Positions 12,427-24,594 are shown, counted from the whole stretch's first letter. The stretch: 63,849 nucleotides of DNA, filler included, from Reticulomyxa filosa (GCA_000512085.1; 27 parts of 27 records of this genome joined end to end with filler, not necessarily neighbours in it), one strand, 5' to 3'. Translations and numbers: made by a program. The notes: generated from the letters alone by a model not told the origin.

Positions 12427-13844
12427 GTTTTTTAATAAAAAGAAAAAGATATATACATATAAATATTATAATAATTAGACAATACAATTATTCGGCGTAA
12501 ACTCTTTTTCATCGGACTTGGTATTATCTCCTGACATAGTGTCCAAGATGTGGAAGTCGTTTTTTAAAGACCAGTCTTTTGTGAAGTTACTTGCGGTTGC
12601 AGAAATGATTCAAAGAGCACTGGCTCGCAAAGAGTTGCAAAAAAAGTCGCTCTATCATTTCAGTGAAAAACAGCATGTCGGCTGTCGAATGGCCTCCAAA
12701 CTTCGAAAAATGATTTTCTGGAGGTTCTGTGCGCTGCCATTGACAATAAAAACGAAGAGCTGTTCGACATTGTGTTGGCTATTACCTCTCGTCAATTGCC
12801 TGGAGAAGAAAAAGAGGCTCTGGACACGAACTGTATCGACTATTGTCTGAAACAGGACAGTGGCAGTGTATTGATGTGGACAATCGAGCGGCCCGATTTC
12901 AAATGGCATTGTAGTATTGCACAAATGAATACCATTCTTACAAAGTGCAAGCATTGGCATTTGGGACTCGATCATTGGAAAATCTTGTTCCAATGTCTCA
13001 CTCGCTATATTTCCTGGAAATTTTCTCAGCCGAAGAATTCTTTCTTTGACTCTTCCATGTCTGAATTGTTTCAGCGCTTGTGCCAACAATGGATTACCGA
13101 GGAGGCAACGAGCTGCTTTCAAGACAAAAACATTGGCCTTTTACGCGATTGGGTAGATTTTACCTTTCAAATGATCGCTTTTTTCGATAAGACATACCCC
13201 GATTTTCAAAATAGAGTACTAAAAGAAAGCAACTTGGGTGTATTGTGGACTTTGCAATTGACTGCTAAGGCTCAATATTTATCTCGTTTGATTAAGTTAG
13301 GTTAGGTAACTTTTCTTGCACTACTATCACACTTTTTTTTTTCTTACTTTCCCTTTCCGATAGACTTGTAAATATATTGAGTAATGAGTTGATGGAAGCA
13401 TGGTGTGAATCTGTTTTGGACCACTTATTTTTTCCAAATTGTACCGTGTTCACAAAACTCTCAATGACTACAAAACAGAAAGAAGAAACTTTGGCGCCCA
13501 ATCTGGACCTGCCTGTTTTGAAAGAGGAAGCAATACTGGTCGCCGTTGGACGCATGATTGCAACCTTGGAAGAATTGAACACTTTCGGAATCATCAACCA
13601 AGGATGGCGTTCGCAACAGTTTAAATATTATGAAAACTTGGAAACCAAAATTCGTTCGTACGCTAGTAAATATCCAAGTGTTATTCATGATATATTGAAC
13701 GCAAATACCTCGATGCAAGTCGAGCATGCCTTGAATCCAACAATCCGTTTGAGTTATCCCGACGCAACAAATATAAAAACTAAAAATCAAAATCAAGTTG
13801 ATGACTGGTCAGAAGCTCTGTCAGATCTGGCTTTTAAACGATGA
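10463..13844 (+). CDS. Large multi-exon hypothetical helical protein, 5'-partial, with apparent frameshifts
   Basis: Successive same-strand ORFs (10517, 11056, 11534, 12101, 12518, 12772, 13377) separated by GT..AG AT/TA-microsatellite introns, ending at a stop at 13844. No domain recognised. Confidence 0.6.
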
Positions 13845-15916
13845 GTACATCCGTTTTCACTATTATTTGTCTAAAATTTTGCCAACATGTTGCATTAACG
13901 TTCTTCCTACTGCAATTGATTAAAAAATAAACAAAAATGCACAAGCCACTAAGTTTTTACTTAGAGGAAAAAAATGCTGAAACATTTGAATTAGAACAAT
14001 CCTTGATAAAATCAATGACACAGAACTGTGCTATTTATCAGGAAACCATAAAAAATTGTACTACAACAAATTTAACAATTGAACTGATTTATCTTGTTGA
14101 TTTTCTTTTTGAATTTAAGCAAACAACTTTCGAAATTGAAAAAATGTTATTGTTTCGGAATTAAGGAAACAATCTTTTTTGTGAAGATTTTGTTGAAATT
14201 GTTTATCAGCAAATAATTTTATGTGAAAATTCTTGACAATTAGGAGAAACCTCCAAACCCAATTTTACACTAAAAAACCACACAATTTTATCACATTTAT
14301 CAAAAATTTGCGTTCAATTTTGCGCGTGCACCTATTATTTTAAAAATAAACAAACAAAACTTTCAAAACAAATCTAAAAAAAGGATTTGATTAATATTTA
14401 AAAAAAGAATATCAGAGAGATTCCCATCTTTTTTTTAAAATCACTGACACTCATTATTTAAAAAAAGTTGTTTCATCTTTTTAAACAAAAAAAACAAATT
14501 CATTTAATACCTTATCATTCTTTTTTGCAATTTGGAATAACAAAATCCAAAGTTGGTCATTTTTCTATTTTTCACTTTTTCGCACTTAGTATTTTTGATG
14601 CGAAAAGTAGGTGCAGCCAGTTTTTTTTAAAACCTGTTTAAACACTTTGCAATCAACCAGCTCGCAGTGAGCTGTCTGAAAGATTTTTAAAACAAATGAA
14701 TATGTCAAAGGCTTGCTCCATCAACAAATCAAGTTTGTAACTGAAAAAACTTAGCATACAATTTTTTTGAAGCAGCCCCCAACAGTTTTTTTTATTAAGT
14801 CACAGGAAATATACAGTATTTTTCACTTAGAATTGATTCAATAGAAGTTGAATGACGTTCTTTTACTCTTTTTTACAAGCATCAATTGTGTTTATCATTA
14901 AAGTGGCTGAATTCAATTATGATTCCAATAAAAACTAAAAATGATTTTGGGTACATTCAACAGAGGCGTCGAAAGTGTAGTACTAATCATTGTCAGAAAT
15001 CCAAGTGAACCTCAGAACTCCATTTATTCTGGTTCACACTCACTTAACTCAGTTTTGTGTTCTTCTTGCTTTTGCTTGTTTGTTTTAGATTATTAAAAAA
15101 TTATATTTCTGTATAGTACAATTTTGTCCTTTTTGTTGAAATTGTACAATTACCGATACCTCATTGATGTCTTGTTTAGATATCGTGCATGTTGCATGTA
15201 ACAAGCATTTGTTAAATATTGATTGATGCACATCCTGTCAAAAAGGATGATGCACCACAACAGCGATTTTCGTGTGAAAAATAAACATTGTTCAACATAT
15301 TTTACATATACCATATGCTTTGAAATTCACAAAAACAACATTTAAAAATGTCATTTTGTTTTAATCTTAGAAATTGATAGAACTAATAAAATGTCTTTTA
15401 TAAGGAATTGAAATGTGCGTACTACAGTTCAAAGTTGTGACATTGGAATATAAATTTTAAAAACACTTTTGATACTTTTTATAATGTGTGATTTTTTTAA
15501 ATTTCTTTTGAAATGCTGTATAATATGGAAACGGTTTGTAACTTGAGGTATTTTCCGCATTTTGCTGCATCTAAAAAGATGTGACAGAGTCTATCTCCTT
15601 TTTTTAATGGAGTTTTTTCCATCCATCCAAAGAAGATAATTTGTATTGTACATTATTGGCCATTTCCTTTTTAAAAACTATCCTTGCACCGTGCTGATAG
15701 TCTGGCGATACCATTTCCAAATACAGTAAGGGAAAGTGCTGCCAATTGTTGTACGATGAGAAATGTCAAACACAAGAAAAGTTCAAACACTCAAAGAAGA
15801 TGGAAAAACAGTGTAAAGTTGATTTTGTGTAAATTTTTACTTCCAGAAGGGAATATGAAGGTTTTCTGAAAAAAAAAAAAAGTGCTTATTAGTTCACAAA
15901 TCACACAACAGTCTTC

Positions 15917-17684
15917 TTAAAACTCTCCAACCAAGGAATGGGATGTGTGGGTATGGCCACTCCAGTGCCCAAGAGATGGAGATTCGACATCAGGTTCAAG
16001 TTCAGGCTGAGCCTGATGTTCATCATCTTCCAGTTGCATGGAAATGGCAATGAGGCGAGTGGAGGAGTCATCTCCAGCATTTTGAATAGGTTGGTTGTGT
16101 TCTAAAGAATCGTCATATGGGCCAGGTATAGCAGTAGTGGCGTTTATTTTTGAGAGAGAGGATTGTTGTTGTTTCGGCTGTGAGTGTAAAGACGATTTTG
16201 AATCATTTGAGTTGGCATTGGCATTGTCACTGTCGTTATCATTGTTATTGTTATTACTGTCTCCATTATTCGTATCGCTTTCATTGTCGTTATCGTTATC
16301 ATTGTCATTGTCATTGTCATTATCATTGTCATTATCATTATCATTATCATTGTCATTGTCATTGCCATTGTCATTATCATTGGATGTGACAAGATTATTA
16401 GACAATTGATTATCAATTTCTTGAGCTTTGGCAAAATATTGCTTTTGCTTTTCTTGTTTTTGCAAGGCATCAATCATAAAGACATACAGTTCCACTTGCA
16501 AAGAAGGTTCAATAAAGTCAATATCCAATTCCATTTCCTCTTCCCCACACATGTCATCCCCGACAAGAGAGCGCAGTTTATCGACCACTTTTTCCAAGTA
16601 ATCGGCGTCAAGCATCTGAACCCCTCTTTCCAATTCCAACTTTTGGATCATCGACAGTTCCGACAACTCGGTGTAGTCATTCGCACATTTGCGCATGACA
16701 CGAGCATGGACAACCTTTTCTTGTTCGCTGTCGCTCAAATCGTCAAATGGTTCCGAATCTCCAATGAAGCGCCCATCTTTCAAATATACTCCATAAGTGG
16801 ATGCAGCCGAAGTGTTCGAATCTGCAGCGCCGTCGCTTTTATTGGAGCCCAAAGGAAGAGCAGAAGAATTCGCACTAGCAGAAGAAGAAGAAGAAATAAT
16901 ATTTGCATTAGCATTCCCAGTATTGGAATTAGTAGTATTCGCAGCAATGGTAGTAACAGCAGAAGTAGAAGTAGAAGTAGAATTAGAAGTAGAAGCAGAA
17001 GGATGAGAAGATTGTGCGACGGCCGAGTCTTTGGACGGCCCGAGTTCATTGCGCCCATGATGAACATTCTTTCCCAAATGCAGTTTCGTGTTGTGATGTG
17101 AGGTCGTGGAATCTCCATCCGTCAGCTTGTCGTTGCCATTGTTGGAGTCGGCAGTGACGGCGACGTGGTCATGAGTTTTTTTTTTCGTGTTTTTATGTTC
17201 GTAGTCATTTGCGTGTACCGTGTGATTTGCGTCGGCCTCGTATTCATTCTGTGTGTCGTCGTCGTCGCTGTGTGAAATGGTCAGTGGGAATTGGCACGTG
17301 TGTGGTCCCAACGACTCGCCCCTTTGAAGAGCCGTCCATTCGGCGGGACAGTGTCGCTCGAACAGTTTATCGCAGTATGCGTGCAGCGATTCCGCGCTTT
17401 TGTGAATGGAGTTGTCGCTGGGGTTGTACGTCATCGCGTTGCTCCAAATCAGCCGTAGGTCCTTCATAAAGTCGGAAAAGTGCACATATGTGTGAATGCG
17501 ATTGGCGATTATCGACATATCCATCGGATGCGTTATTATCTCAAAGTAATCCGGAATCTGCAATTTCTCGGGATTCACTGCCAAGAAAAAGTCGACCGCG
17601 TCATTACGCTTGTACAAATCACGCATCACACGACTTAACCTCTTTGTAAATTCGTTCATTTCATTTTCATTCACAACTTTCAAT
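15917..17684 (-). CDS. Bromodomain + extra-terminal (ET/NET) domain protein (BET/GTE-like), 5'-partial
   Basis: Bromodomain: FFLAVNPEKLQIPDYFEIITHPMDMSII...DLRLIWSNAMTYNPSDNSIH. ET domain: QKLELERGVQML..EEEMELDIDFIEPSLQVELYVFM. DN-rich tail. Splice acceptor TAG just upstream. Confidence 0.88.
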
Positions 17685-17961
17685 CTACAACAGCAACAAA
17701 AAAAGGGGTTAAGGGAAGGGCCACTTTACAACTTTTTTTTTTTTAAAAAAAAAAAAAAAAACTAAACCCCACTGCACCAAGTTCACCGACCCTAATTTTA
17801 AACNNNNNNNNNNNNNNNNNNNNNNNNNNNNNNNNNNNNNNNNNNNNTTAATTAATTAANNNNNNNNNNNNNNNNNNNNNNNNNNNNNNNNNNNNNNNNN
17901 NNNTAAACCCTTAACTTGACGCGTATGCTTCAGAAAACACCCTCTTAAAATAAGCTAATAT

Positions 17962-19210
17962 TTATATTTTTGGAAAAGTTAAAGTGAACTCAGTGAATTT
18001 ACCTAACTTAGATTGGCAGATAATTGAACCATGAATATCATCCATAACCATTTTACAAAAAGCTAATCCTATTCCTGTACCAGTTCTGCCTTTAGTATAA
18101 AATCTATCAAAAATTAATGGTATATCTTCAGAAGATATGCCAACACCATTGTCGCGGAAATATATTTTATTATCATCCACGGTGATGGTGATTGTTACTT
18201 TACTTCCTCCATATTTATACGAATTCTTAAGTAAATTAATTATTACATGTTTTAAATAATGCTTGGAGCCAAAAAATGTAAAATCATTAACGACTTTCAA
18301 GTTGATCTTTTTGGAGTGATCCATATGCATATTAAAATCTTTTAGTGCTGCCAATATACATTCATTTGCTGAGTATTTACTTTTATCATCTGCAATTATA
18401 CTGATTTTTAGAGTTGTTAATAAGCTGTTAACGGTCTCAATACCTTGTCGAGAAACTTTGTTTAAATCTTTACCTAATTCACGCAAATATTCATAATCTT
18501 CTCGAGATATATTTTTATGGGATGAATTTTTAGCAGCAGAATCGGTAAATTTTTCTAAGATATGTTCAACAGTTTGAGCAACCATATTCAGTGTAGCTAA
18601 GGGACTTTTCACTTCATGCGCCATCGCTCCTCCAACCAGTTGCATTACTTCAATCTTTTCATTATGCTCTTTTTCTCTTTTCCTGAAGAAGAATAAAGCT
18701 ACCATTAATAAAAATAGATAAATATATCCTATGTGCCCTACATCAGATATAATTTCAGTGTTTTCAAGTGGATCGATTTTGAAAAATATATAACCCGCGC
18801 TAGAACCTAAAAGATGTAAGATAAAGAATCGCACTGAGTCCACAAAAAAGAACAGAGAAAATGCTGCCAGCACTCCGTTGATTACCCAGAAATCATCACC
18901 TGTGCTGGTAAATAACATGTAGCTTGAAATAAAGGGTAAGCAGAACGTTAAAGTAAAATACCAATAATAAATCAAATACTTATTTTGAAAACTTATTGGA
19001 AAAATAAATTCTCTCATCAGCAAAATAAAACATAATAGGTAGCCAACAATTAAGAAGTTAACAAATTTAGCGTGCGCAGGGTGAGAAGTAAGGTTTAAGG
19101 TGTATATGATATAATAAGCTAAGGTAAAAATAGCAAAGCTTCTGATTTTGCTTTGATAATTATGTGGGGTTTTATAAAAATATTTCCATCCCCTTTTTAA
19201 ATAATATGAA
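17962..19210 (-). CDS. Sensor histidine kinase module (TM helices + HisKA + HATPase_c). C-terminal half of a symporter-kinase fusion; bacterial
   Basis: H-box AMAHEVKSPL, N-box INLLKNSYKY, G1 DNGVGI, F-box IFDRFYT, G2 GTGIGLAFCK. The frame stays open upstream of 19023 to ~19210, overlapping the end of the symporter ORF. Confidence 0.88.
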
Positions 19211-20624
19211 TTTTAAATGATTTTTTAGAAACTTTAAATTGAGGAGAATATCTAAAGCTACCTAACATATTAGTTCCAAATAAACCAAAAAAGCTTCCAA
19301 TGATACCACTAATTAATGATAATACAGAAAATTCACCTAATAAGATTTTAACTATAATCGTTGTAATGGAAGCAAGAGCAAAGCTCATTATAAATGATTT
19401 TTGGCTGAATTTAAAACCAAAGAATCCTGCGGCGATTGGCACTAATAATATCGGCACATAAAAGTTGGATGCTAACAATATTAAACCAATAATATCCTGG
19501 TAGATATAAGCTATAATAATTGAAGCAGCTGTGATGATAAAAATGGTTAATCTTAACATTAACAATTGAGTTCTATCTGTTAAATTTTTAAACCATACGT
19601 TGATGACATCATTTACAATAATAACGCTGATAGCGCTTAATTTAGCTTCTGCATTTGACATTATAATAGCGAATAATCCCGCGATCATGAACCCTTTTAA
19701 GCCTACAGGCAAAAGATTTGCAACAAAAAATAAAAATACTTCTTGAGGTGGAATTCCAGGCGCTTCAGCTCTAACAATATAGGCAATTAAACAAATTGAT
19801 AAAACAAAAGGGAATGAAATAAGCGCAACAGTTTTTAAACTTTGTGACAACTGTTTTGAGTTTTTTGCAACTAAATATCGCTGGATATATGGTGCTTCAA
19901 ATTCAGGTAATATTGAATAAAAAACTAAACTAACAAGCATCAATATCGTGTCAGTATTTATTTCAATGTTGGTATGTGAAGGTGGCAAAAGTTCTAAAAC
20001 TTTCATCAAGCCACCAAAGTCTTTAATTGCAATCGTATATGAGATAGGGATTATTAAAAAAAAGATACTAAATTTTAAAATTTCAGTGATAATTACAGCG
20101 CGGATACCTCCGAAAGCTGAGTAAATACTCAGAACAGAATATCCAACTAACATCCCATAGAGCTTATCGATTCCTAGAAAATAATTAAAGGCAAAACCTA
20201 ATGCCAAAGCTTGAGCTGCTACCATCCCTATACTTGTAATAACAGAGCTTAAATTTGTTATCCATCTTCCCCAATTACCATACAATTTATACATGATCTC
20301 ACTAATTGAAAGGCAATCATGGAACCTTTCAATATTTTTGGAAAATATTTTTGCTGTAATTAACCATCCAATTGGTACAAATAAATAGCGGATAACAAAA
20401 ATTATACCAAAAAGATATAATTCTTTGCTAGCACCTATAACACTACCTGCACCAATAGAAGAGGCAAAAATTGTGCACACTAACAGGGAGACAGTTATAT
20501 TCTTATATCCAGTTGCAAACTGCCTTAAATTTTTAACCTGCGAAGCTTTATGCAATCCTAATAAAAGACATACTATAAAATATGCGATTACAATTGCTAA
20601 ATCTAAATAATGCAGATTATTCAT
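19197..20624 (-). CDS. Na+/solute symporter (SSS/PutP-like, SLC5) domain. N-terminal half of an SSS-histidine kinase fusion; bacterial
   Basis: About 13 TM helices and SSS motifs YSAFGGIRAVIITE, YIQRYLVAK, GLKGFMIAGLFAIIMS. Intronless and AT-rich. Confidence 0.88.
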   Translation of the reverse strand: MNNLHYLDLAIVIAYFIVCLLLGLHKASQVKNLRQFATGYKNITVSLLVCTIFASSIGAGSVIGASKELYLFGIIFVIRYLFVPIGWLITAKIFSKNIERFHDCLSISEIMYKLYGNWGRWITNLSSVITSIGMVAAQALALGFAFNYFLGIDKLYGMLVGYSVLSIYSAFGGIRAVIITEILKFSIFFLIIPISYTIAIKDFGGLMKVLELLPPSHTNIEINTDTILMLVSLVFYSILPEFEAPYIQRYLVAKNSKQLSQSLKTVALISFPFVLSICLIAYIVRAEAPGIPPQEVFLFFVANLLPVGLKGFMIAGLFAIIMSNAEAKLSAISVIIVNDVINVWFKNLTDRTQLLMLRLTIFIITAASIIIAYIYQDIIGLILLASNFYVPILLVPIAAGFFGFKFSQKSFIMSFALASITTIIVKILLGEFSVLSLISGIIGSFFGLFGTNMLGSFRYSPQFKVSKKSFKIHII

Positions 20625-20858
20625 GTTTTTAATCGATTTTAATTAATTATAAATTAAATGATGCTAATCTGTAAAGATAATTTTTAAAATCTATTAAAAA
20701 AACGGATATACGATTAACTTATATGAAAGTTTGATGTAATCGTAGGTTGTAAAATTCTTAGCATAACTTTAACAAATATATAATTGAATATATAATTGAT
20801 ATATCAATTTGTTTGGATTAATTACTTTTAGTACCAACATTAATAAATAGGAGTTAAC

Positions 20859-20996
20859 ATGTTTAATAAATCAATCTTTGCAATGGCAGCTTTAGCATTA
20901 GCATTAAGTTTAGGCAGTGCAGATAAAGGTGAACAATCTTTCTCATTATTAAATAAACTTAATACAGTAACCTTCTATTCAATAGGTTCTAATTAA
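20859..20996 (+). CDS. 45-aa small protein with Sec-type signal peptide (MFNKSIFAMAALALALSLGSA-DKGEQSFSLLNKLNTVTFYSIGSN)
   Basis: Shine-Dalgarno AGGAG a few nt before ATG 20859 and a classic n/h/c signal-peptide layout. Too short to appear in the ORF track. Confidence 0.55.
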   Translation: MFNKSIFAMAALALALSLGSADKGEQSFSLLNKLNTVTFYSIGSN

Positions 20997-21053
20997 TTAG
21001 TTATAAACACTTATAATTAAGTAATTAAAAAAACGGATTGGTCACTTAATGGG

Positions 21054-21083
21054 TTGACATTTTAAATCAACCAGTTATATTGT
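21054..21083 (+). promoter_or_regulatory. Putative sigma70 promoter of the transposase
   Basis: Perfect TTGACA (21054) with TATATT/TATTGT 16-18 nt downstream, overlapped by a short GGTTGA..TCAACC dyad, ~30 nt before the ATG. Confidence 0.45.
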
Positions 21084-21112
21084 TGTTATTCACTCAATAA
21101 TATAGATATTCT

Positions 21113-22006
21113 ATGAACATTATTACTATTTTCAAGCAATTTCCCGATCAAGAATCTTGCATTAAATACCTTGAACAAAAACGCTGGAATAACAAACCAA
21201 TCTGTCCTTATTGCCAATCAGACAATACTAATCCTTTAAAATCAGAAAATAGATTTAGACATCATTGCAACGGTTGCCGCAAGTCTTTTAGCGTAACTAT
21301 CGGCACAATCTTTCACGATTCTCGTCTTCCTCTTCAAAAATGGTTTCTTGCCATCGCACTAATTCTTAATGCTAAAAAAGGTATTAGCTCAAGACAAATG
21401 GCACGAGACCTTGATTTGCCAGTGAAAACAGCATGGTCAATTAATCACAGAATTAGAAAAGCTATGATGCAAGATACTGGTTTGTTGAGCGGTATTATTG
21501 AGATGGATGAGACTTATGTTGGCGATAAACCACGCAAAGAAGCAAAGAAAAAAGATAAAGATGGGAATGATGATGATAAAGGAAATACACGTGGCAGGGC
21601 TACTAAGAAAGAGTGTGTTGTTGGAATGATTGAAAGAGGTGGCAAGGTTAAGGCTGAAACTGTAAAGAAAATTGATAGCTTTAAATTGTGCGAATTGGTT
21701 AGAAAGAATGCTGATCGCAACAGCTCAACCTTAATGACTGACGAATTCCGAGGTTATAATTTGATGAGATATTTATTGAATCATTTAAAGATTAATTACC
21801 AAGAAGCCTTTGCAGTTGGTGAAATTCACACCAACACAATTGAGAATTTTTGGGCTATTTTAAAGCGGGGAATGATTGGGCAGTTTCACAAAGTAAGTAA
21901 GAAATATCTTAATGCCTATATTGATGAGTTTTGTTGGAGATTTAATGAAAGGAAAAATGGAAATGCGTTTGATAAATTAGTTGGTAATATACTAAAAGTT
22001 TGTTAA
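21113..22006 (+). mobile_element. IS1595-family (ISXO2-like) DDE transposase
   Basis: N-terminal zinc ribbon CPYC..CNGC, HTH (GISSRQMARDL), catalytic IEMDETY, TDEFRGY, HTNTIENFWAILKRG, FHKVSKKYLNAYIDEFCWRFN. TIRs not confidently located. Confidence 0.92.
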
Positions 22007-22195
22007 CACTCATTTTCCAAAAATAATAGCGGATAATTAAAGTTATGGCAAAAAATAATAGACTTCTTTCGAAACTAAAAGAAATAGATTAAAAANNNNN
22101 NNNNNNNNNNNNNNNNNNNNNNNNNNNNNNNNNNNNNNNTTAATTAATTAANNNNNNNNNNNNNNNNNNNNNNNNNNNNNNNNNNNNNNNNNNNN

Positions 22196-23467
22196 ATATA
22201 TTGCACTACTATCCCTCTTTTTTTTTTTTTTTTTTTTGGATTAACTGGATAGTGTTTACGCCGGTAGGGCGTAATGGATTGCGCGACGCTGGGGTCGTGT
22301 CGTGGATTAACAATAGGTGCAACGACGTGGAAGGGGTAATATGGAAATTCGATATGAATTTGCACTCCAAGCAGATCCTCTTCGTTTTCGGCGAATTCAG
22401 CTTGGTTCTCGGAGGCGAACACGTGGTTGATTTTGATCTGATGACTTTTGCGGGAGCTCTTTTTCTTTTGGCTTTTCAAGTCTTTGCTTCGTTGCTTTTC
22501 GCGCTCCCTGTACACTTGCGTGGCGTGTTCGCTTAGCTTGGGCTGCGCAGTGGTGCCAAATTTCTTCCAAAACCCGGTGGTGTATGGGTCCACTTTGGGA
22601 CCTCCTTTTACGTACGTCCAAACGGGGACATCCCACAGGCGCAGCTTTGCTTTCCCATCTCGAATTTTGTGCTGTTCGTCGATCAACGGCAATCGACACC
22701 ACGCCAAGGGTTCTGAATGCCACTTTAACGAGTTGAGAGCCAATTCGAGCTTCGCCTTTTTTTTTTTTTTTTAATAATAATAAAATTAAAATTCAATATT
22801 ACATATGCATATACAAACAGGATAATACAAAGCAAAAAAAAAAAGAAAAGGGGGGTGTTGTTGTTGCGATGGCATTCGCTTACCTCATATTCTTCGGTTT
22901 CTGAAAAGGGCACAATGTCTTCCAAGTCATCAATGACCATGCGTTCGGTATCATCGTTTGCATAGGCGCAGGTGATATTGGTGACCACCGAGGCGGTGTC
23001 CATTGTGCCCAAAGACGTGGTTGATTTGTTATCGTCGTCATTGCTGATCGAAGGGGTACGGAATGCGCTGAATCCAGCTCCGCTGACGGTTGAATCGTTA
23101 CTGTCGCCGTTTCCTATCCCCAAAAATTCCGAGTTGAACATTTGCGGTTTGTTCTTTGTCTTGCTCTCACGCTTGCCCTTCTCCTCTTTGATCTTGTGCG
23201 ACCGCTCTTCCACGCCGTATATTGTGAAGCACCAACAAGCCTCCACTGGTAACTCGGAGTAAAATATCTCAGAGCTCAACGTCGAAAATGTGGACGACTC
23301 GGGTGGCAGGACGATCGTCTCGGACATGGTATTTCCTGGGATTCGAATATCCCAAGCCGCGTCTTCATATCGCGCTGTGCCAACAAATAATTCCATGCGT
23401 AATACTAAAAAGTCAAAGGTTTTGCGGAAACGAGAACACTGATGAATATTGCGAATTCCATTGATCT
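22196..23467 (-). CDS. Phosphatidylinositol 3-kinase C2-domain region, internal fragment (exons ~23467-22884 and 22755-~22230)
   Basis: SELPVEACWCFTIYG..PLAWCRLPLIDEQHKIRDGKAKLRLW..IHIEFP matches the PI3K-type C2 domain. Phase-0 intron 22883-22756 joins the two ORFs. Confidence 0.75.
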
Positions 23468-23643
23468 GTATACATTCATATATGTATACATATATATTTA
23501 TATATATGTATACATAATTTTTTTTTTTTTTTTTTTTTTTTTTNNNNNNNNNNNNNNNNNNNNNNNNNNNNNNNNNNNNNNNNNNNNTTAATTAATTAAN
23601 NNNNNNNNNNNNNNNNNNNNNNNNNNNNNNNNNNNNNNNNNNN

Positions 23644-23900
23644 CACCATTTGTAATAAAGAATAGCAATGGTAATTCAAATGTGATAAGTTCTGGATCAT
23701 TGGATAGTACAATTCGTTTTTGGGATATTCGATCAAATAAGGAAGAATTATATGTGATCGAAAGAGATGAGAAAGAAAATTATGGAATATTGTGTCTTAA
23801 ATTTATTGCATTAAAAAAGAAAGATAAGACAAAGGATGTTACATATGATTGGAATTTGTGTTATGGTTCAGGCAAAGGTCACATTTGTACCTGGGGATAA
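23644..23900 (+). CDS. WD40-repeat protein, C-terminal fragment
   Basis: SGSLDSTIRFWDIRSNK..LCYGSGKGHICTWG*. Paralogous to the copies at 3168-4526, 47021-47488 and 56450-56842. Confidence 0.85.
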
Positions 23901-24594
23901 TTTCCTTTTTTGTCGAATAAGACATAAAAGAGTTTTTTTTTGAAAAGTTTGATTAAAAGTAAGTATGGTGATATTAAATTTGTTTGATTTGATTGAATGC
24001 AAGCATTAAAAGATTTATTTTATCTTATTTTGTTGTTTAAAAAATTGAAAAAGCTGCGTTCAATGTTTTTTGAAGAATTGAAGATCCAAATATCAAAATA
24101 AATTGCAAAAGATTTTATCATTGAAAATTTTTGAAAACAATATGTTGAAAAAATATTTTTCTAAGAATCCTTTTACATTTATTCCTTATTTTTTGGTAAC
24201 AAGATATTTTAAAGGAGGAAAAAAAAAATGATAAATCAAAAAGCTTTATTCATCCACAAACATAAATTGTGTTTTTGATTGAACCATCTTTTTTTGATTT
24301 TTTTTTCAATTGTTCAATTTCAGTAAGATGATATCCTAATAATGATGTTCATTCATATTTTTATTTTTCTTTAAAACACATATTACAATCACGCTCAATA
24401 TGTTAGTTTTTTTTATTTCTTCCAATTATTTCCAAATTTTTGATGAAAGTGTCTTTGACATATGACAGTTTATTAATTGTTTGAGTTGTTTTTACTTTAA
24501 CAGTTGTTAGCAATTGTTTTAGACAATTCTCTCGTGCAATCAGTGCTGCATTCATATCTTTGTTTTGTCATTTTTGGAGATTGATTACATATCT

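Noticed and set aside
16095-17469. Overlapping antisense and alternate-frame ORFs (poly-SL, poly-HC etc.), and similar shadows throughout the ORF track
   Set aside because: By-products of trinucleotide and hexanucleotide low-complexity coding sequence on the opposite strand.
19195-19225. Programmed ribosomal frameshift between symporter and kinase (also in rpsE, rplR and the SLT gene)
   Set aside because: The slippery-like TTTAAAA is not in the required frame, and similar single-base losses hit essential ribosomal genes, which points to homopolymer sequencing errors.
17904-22095. Horizontal transfer of bacterial genes into the host genome
   Set aside because: The bacterial segments are whole fragments bounded by linkers. 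No host-bacterial junction is visible.
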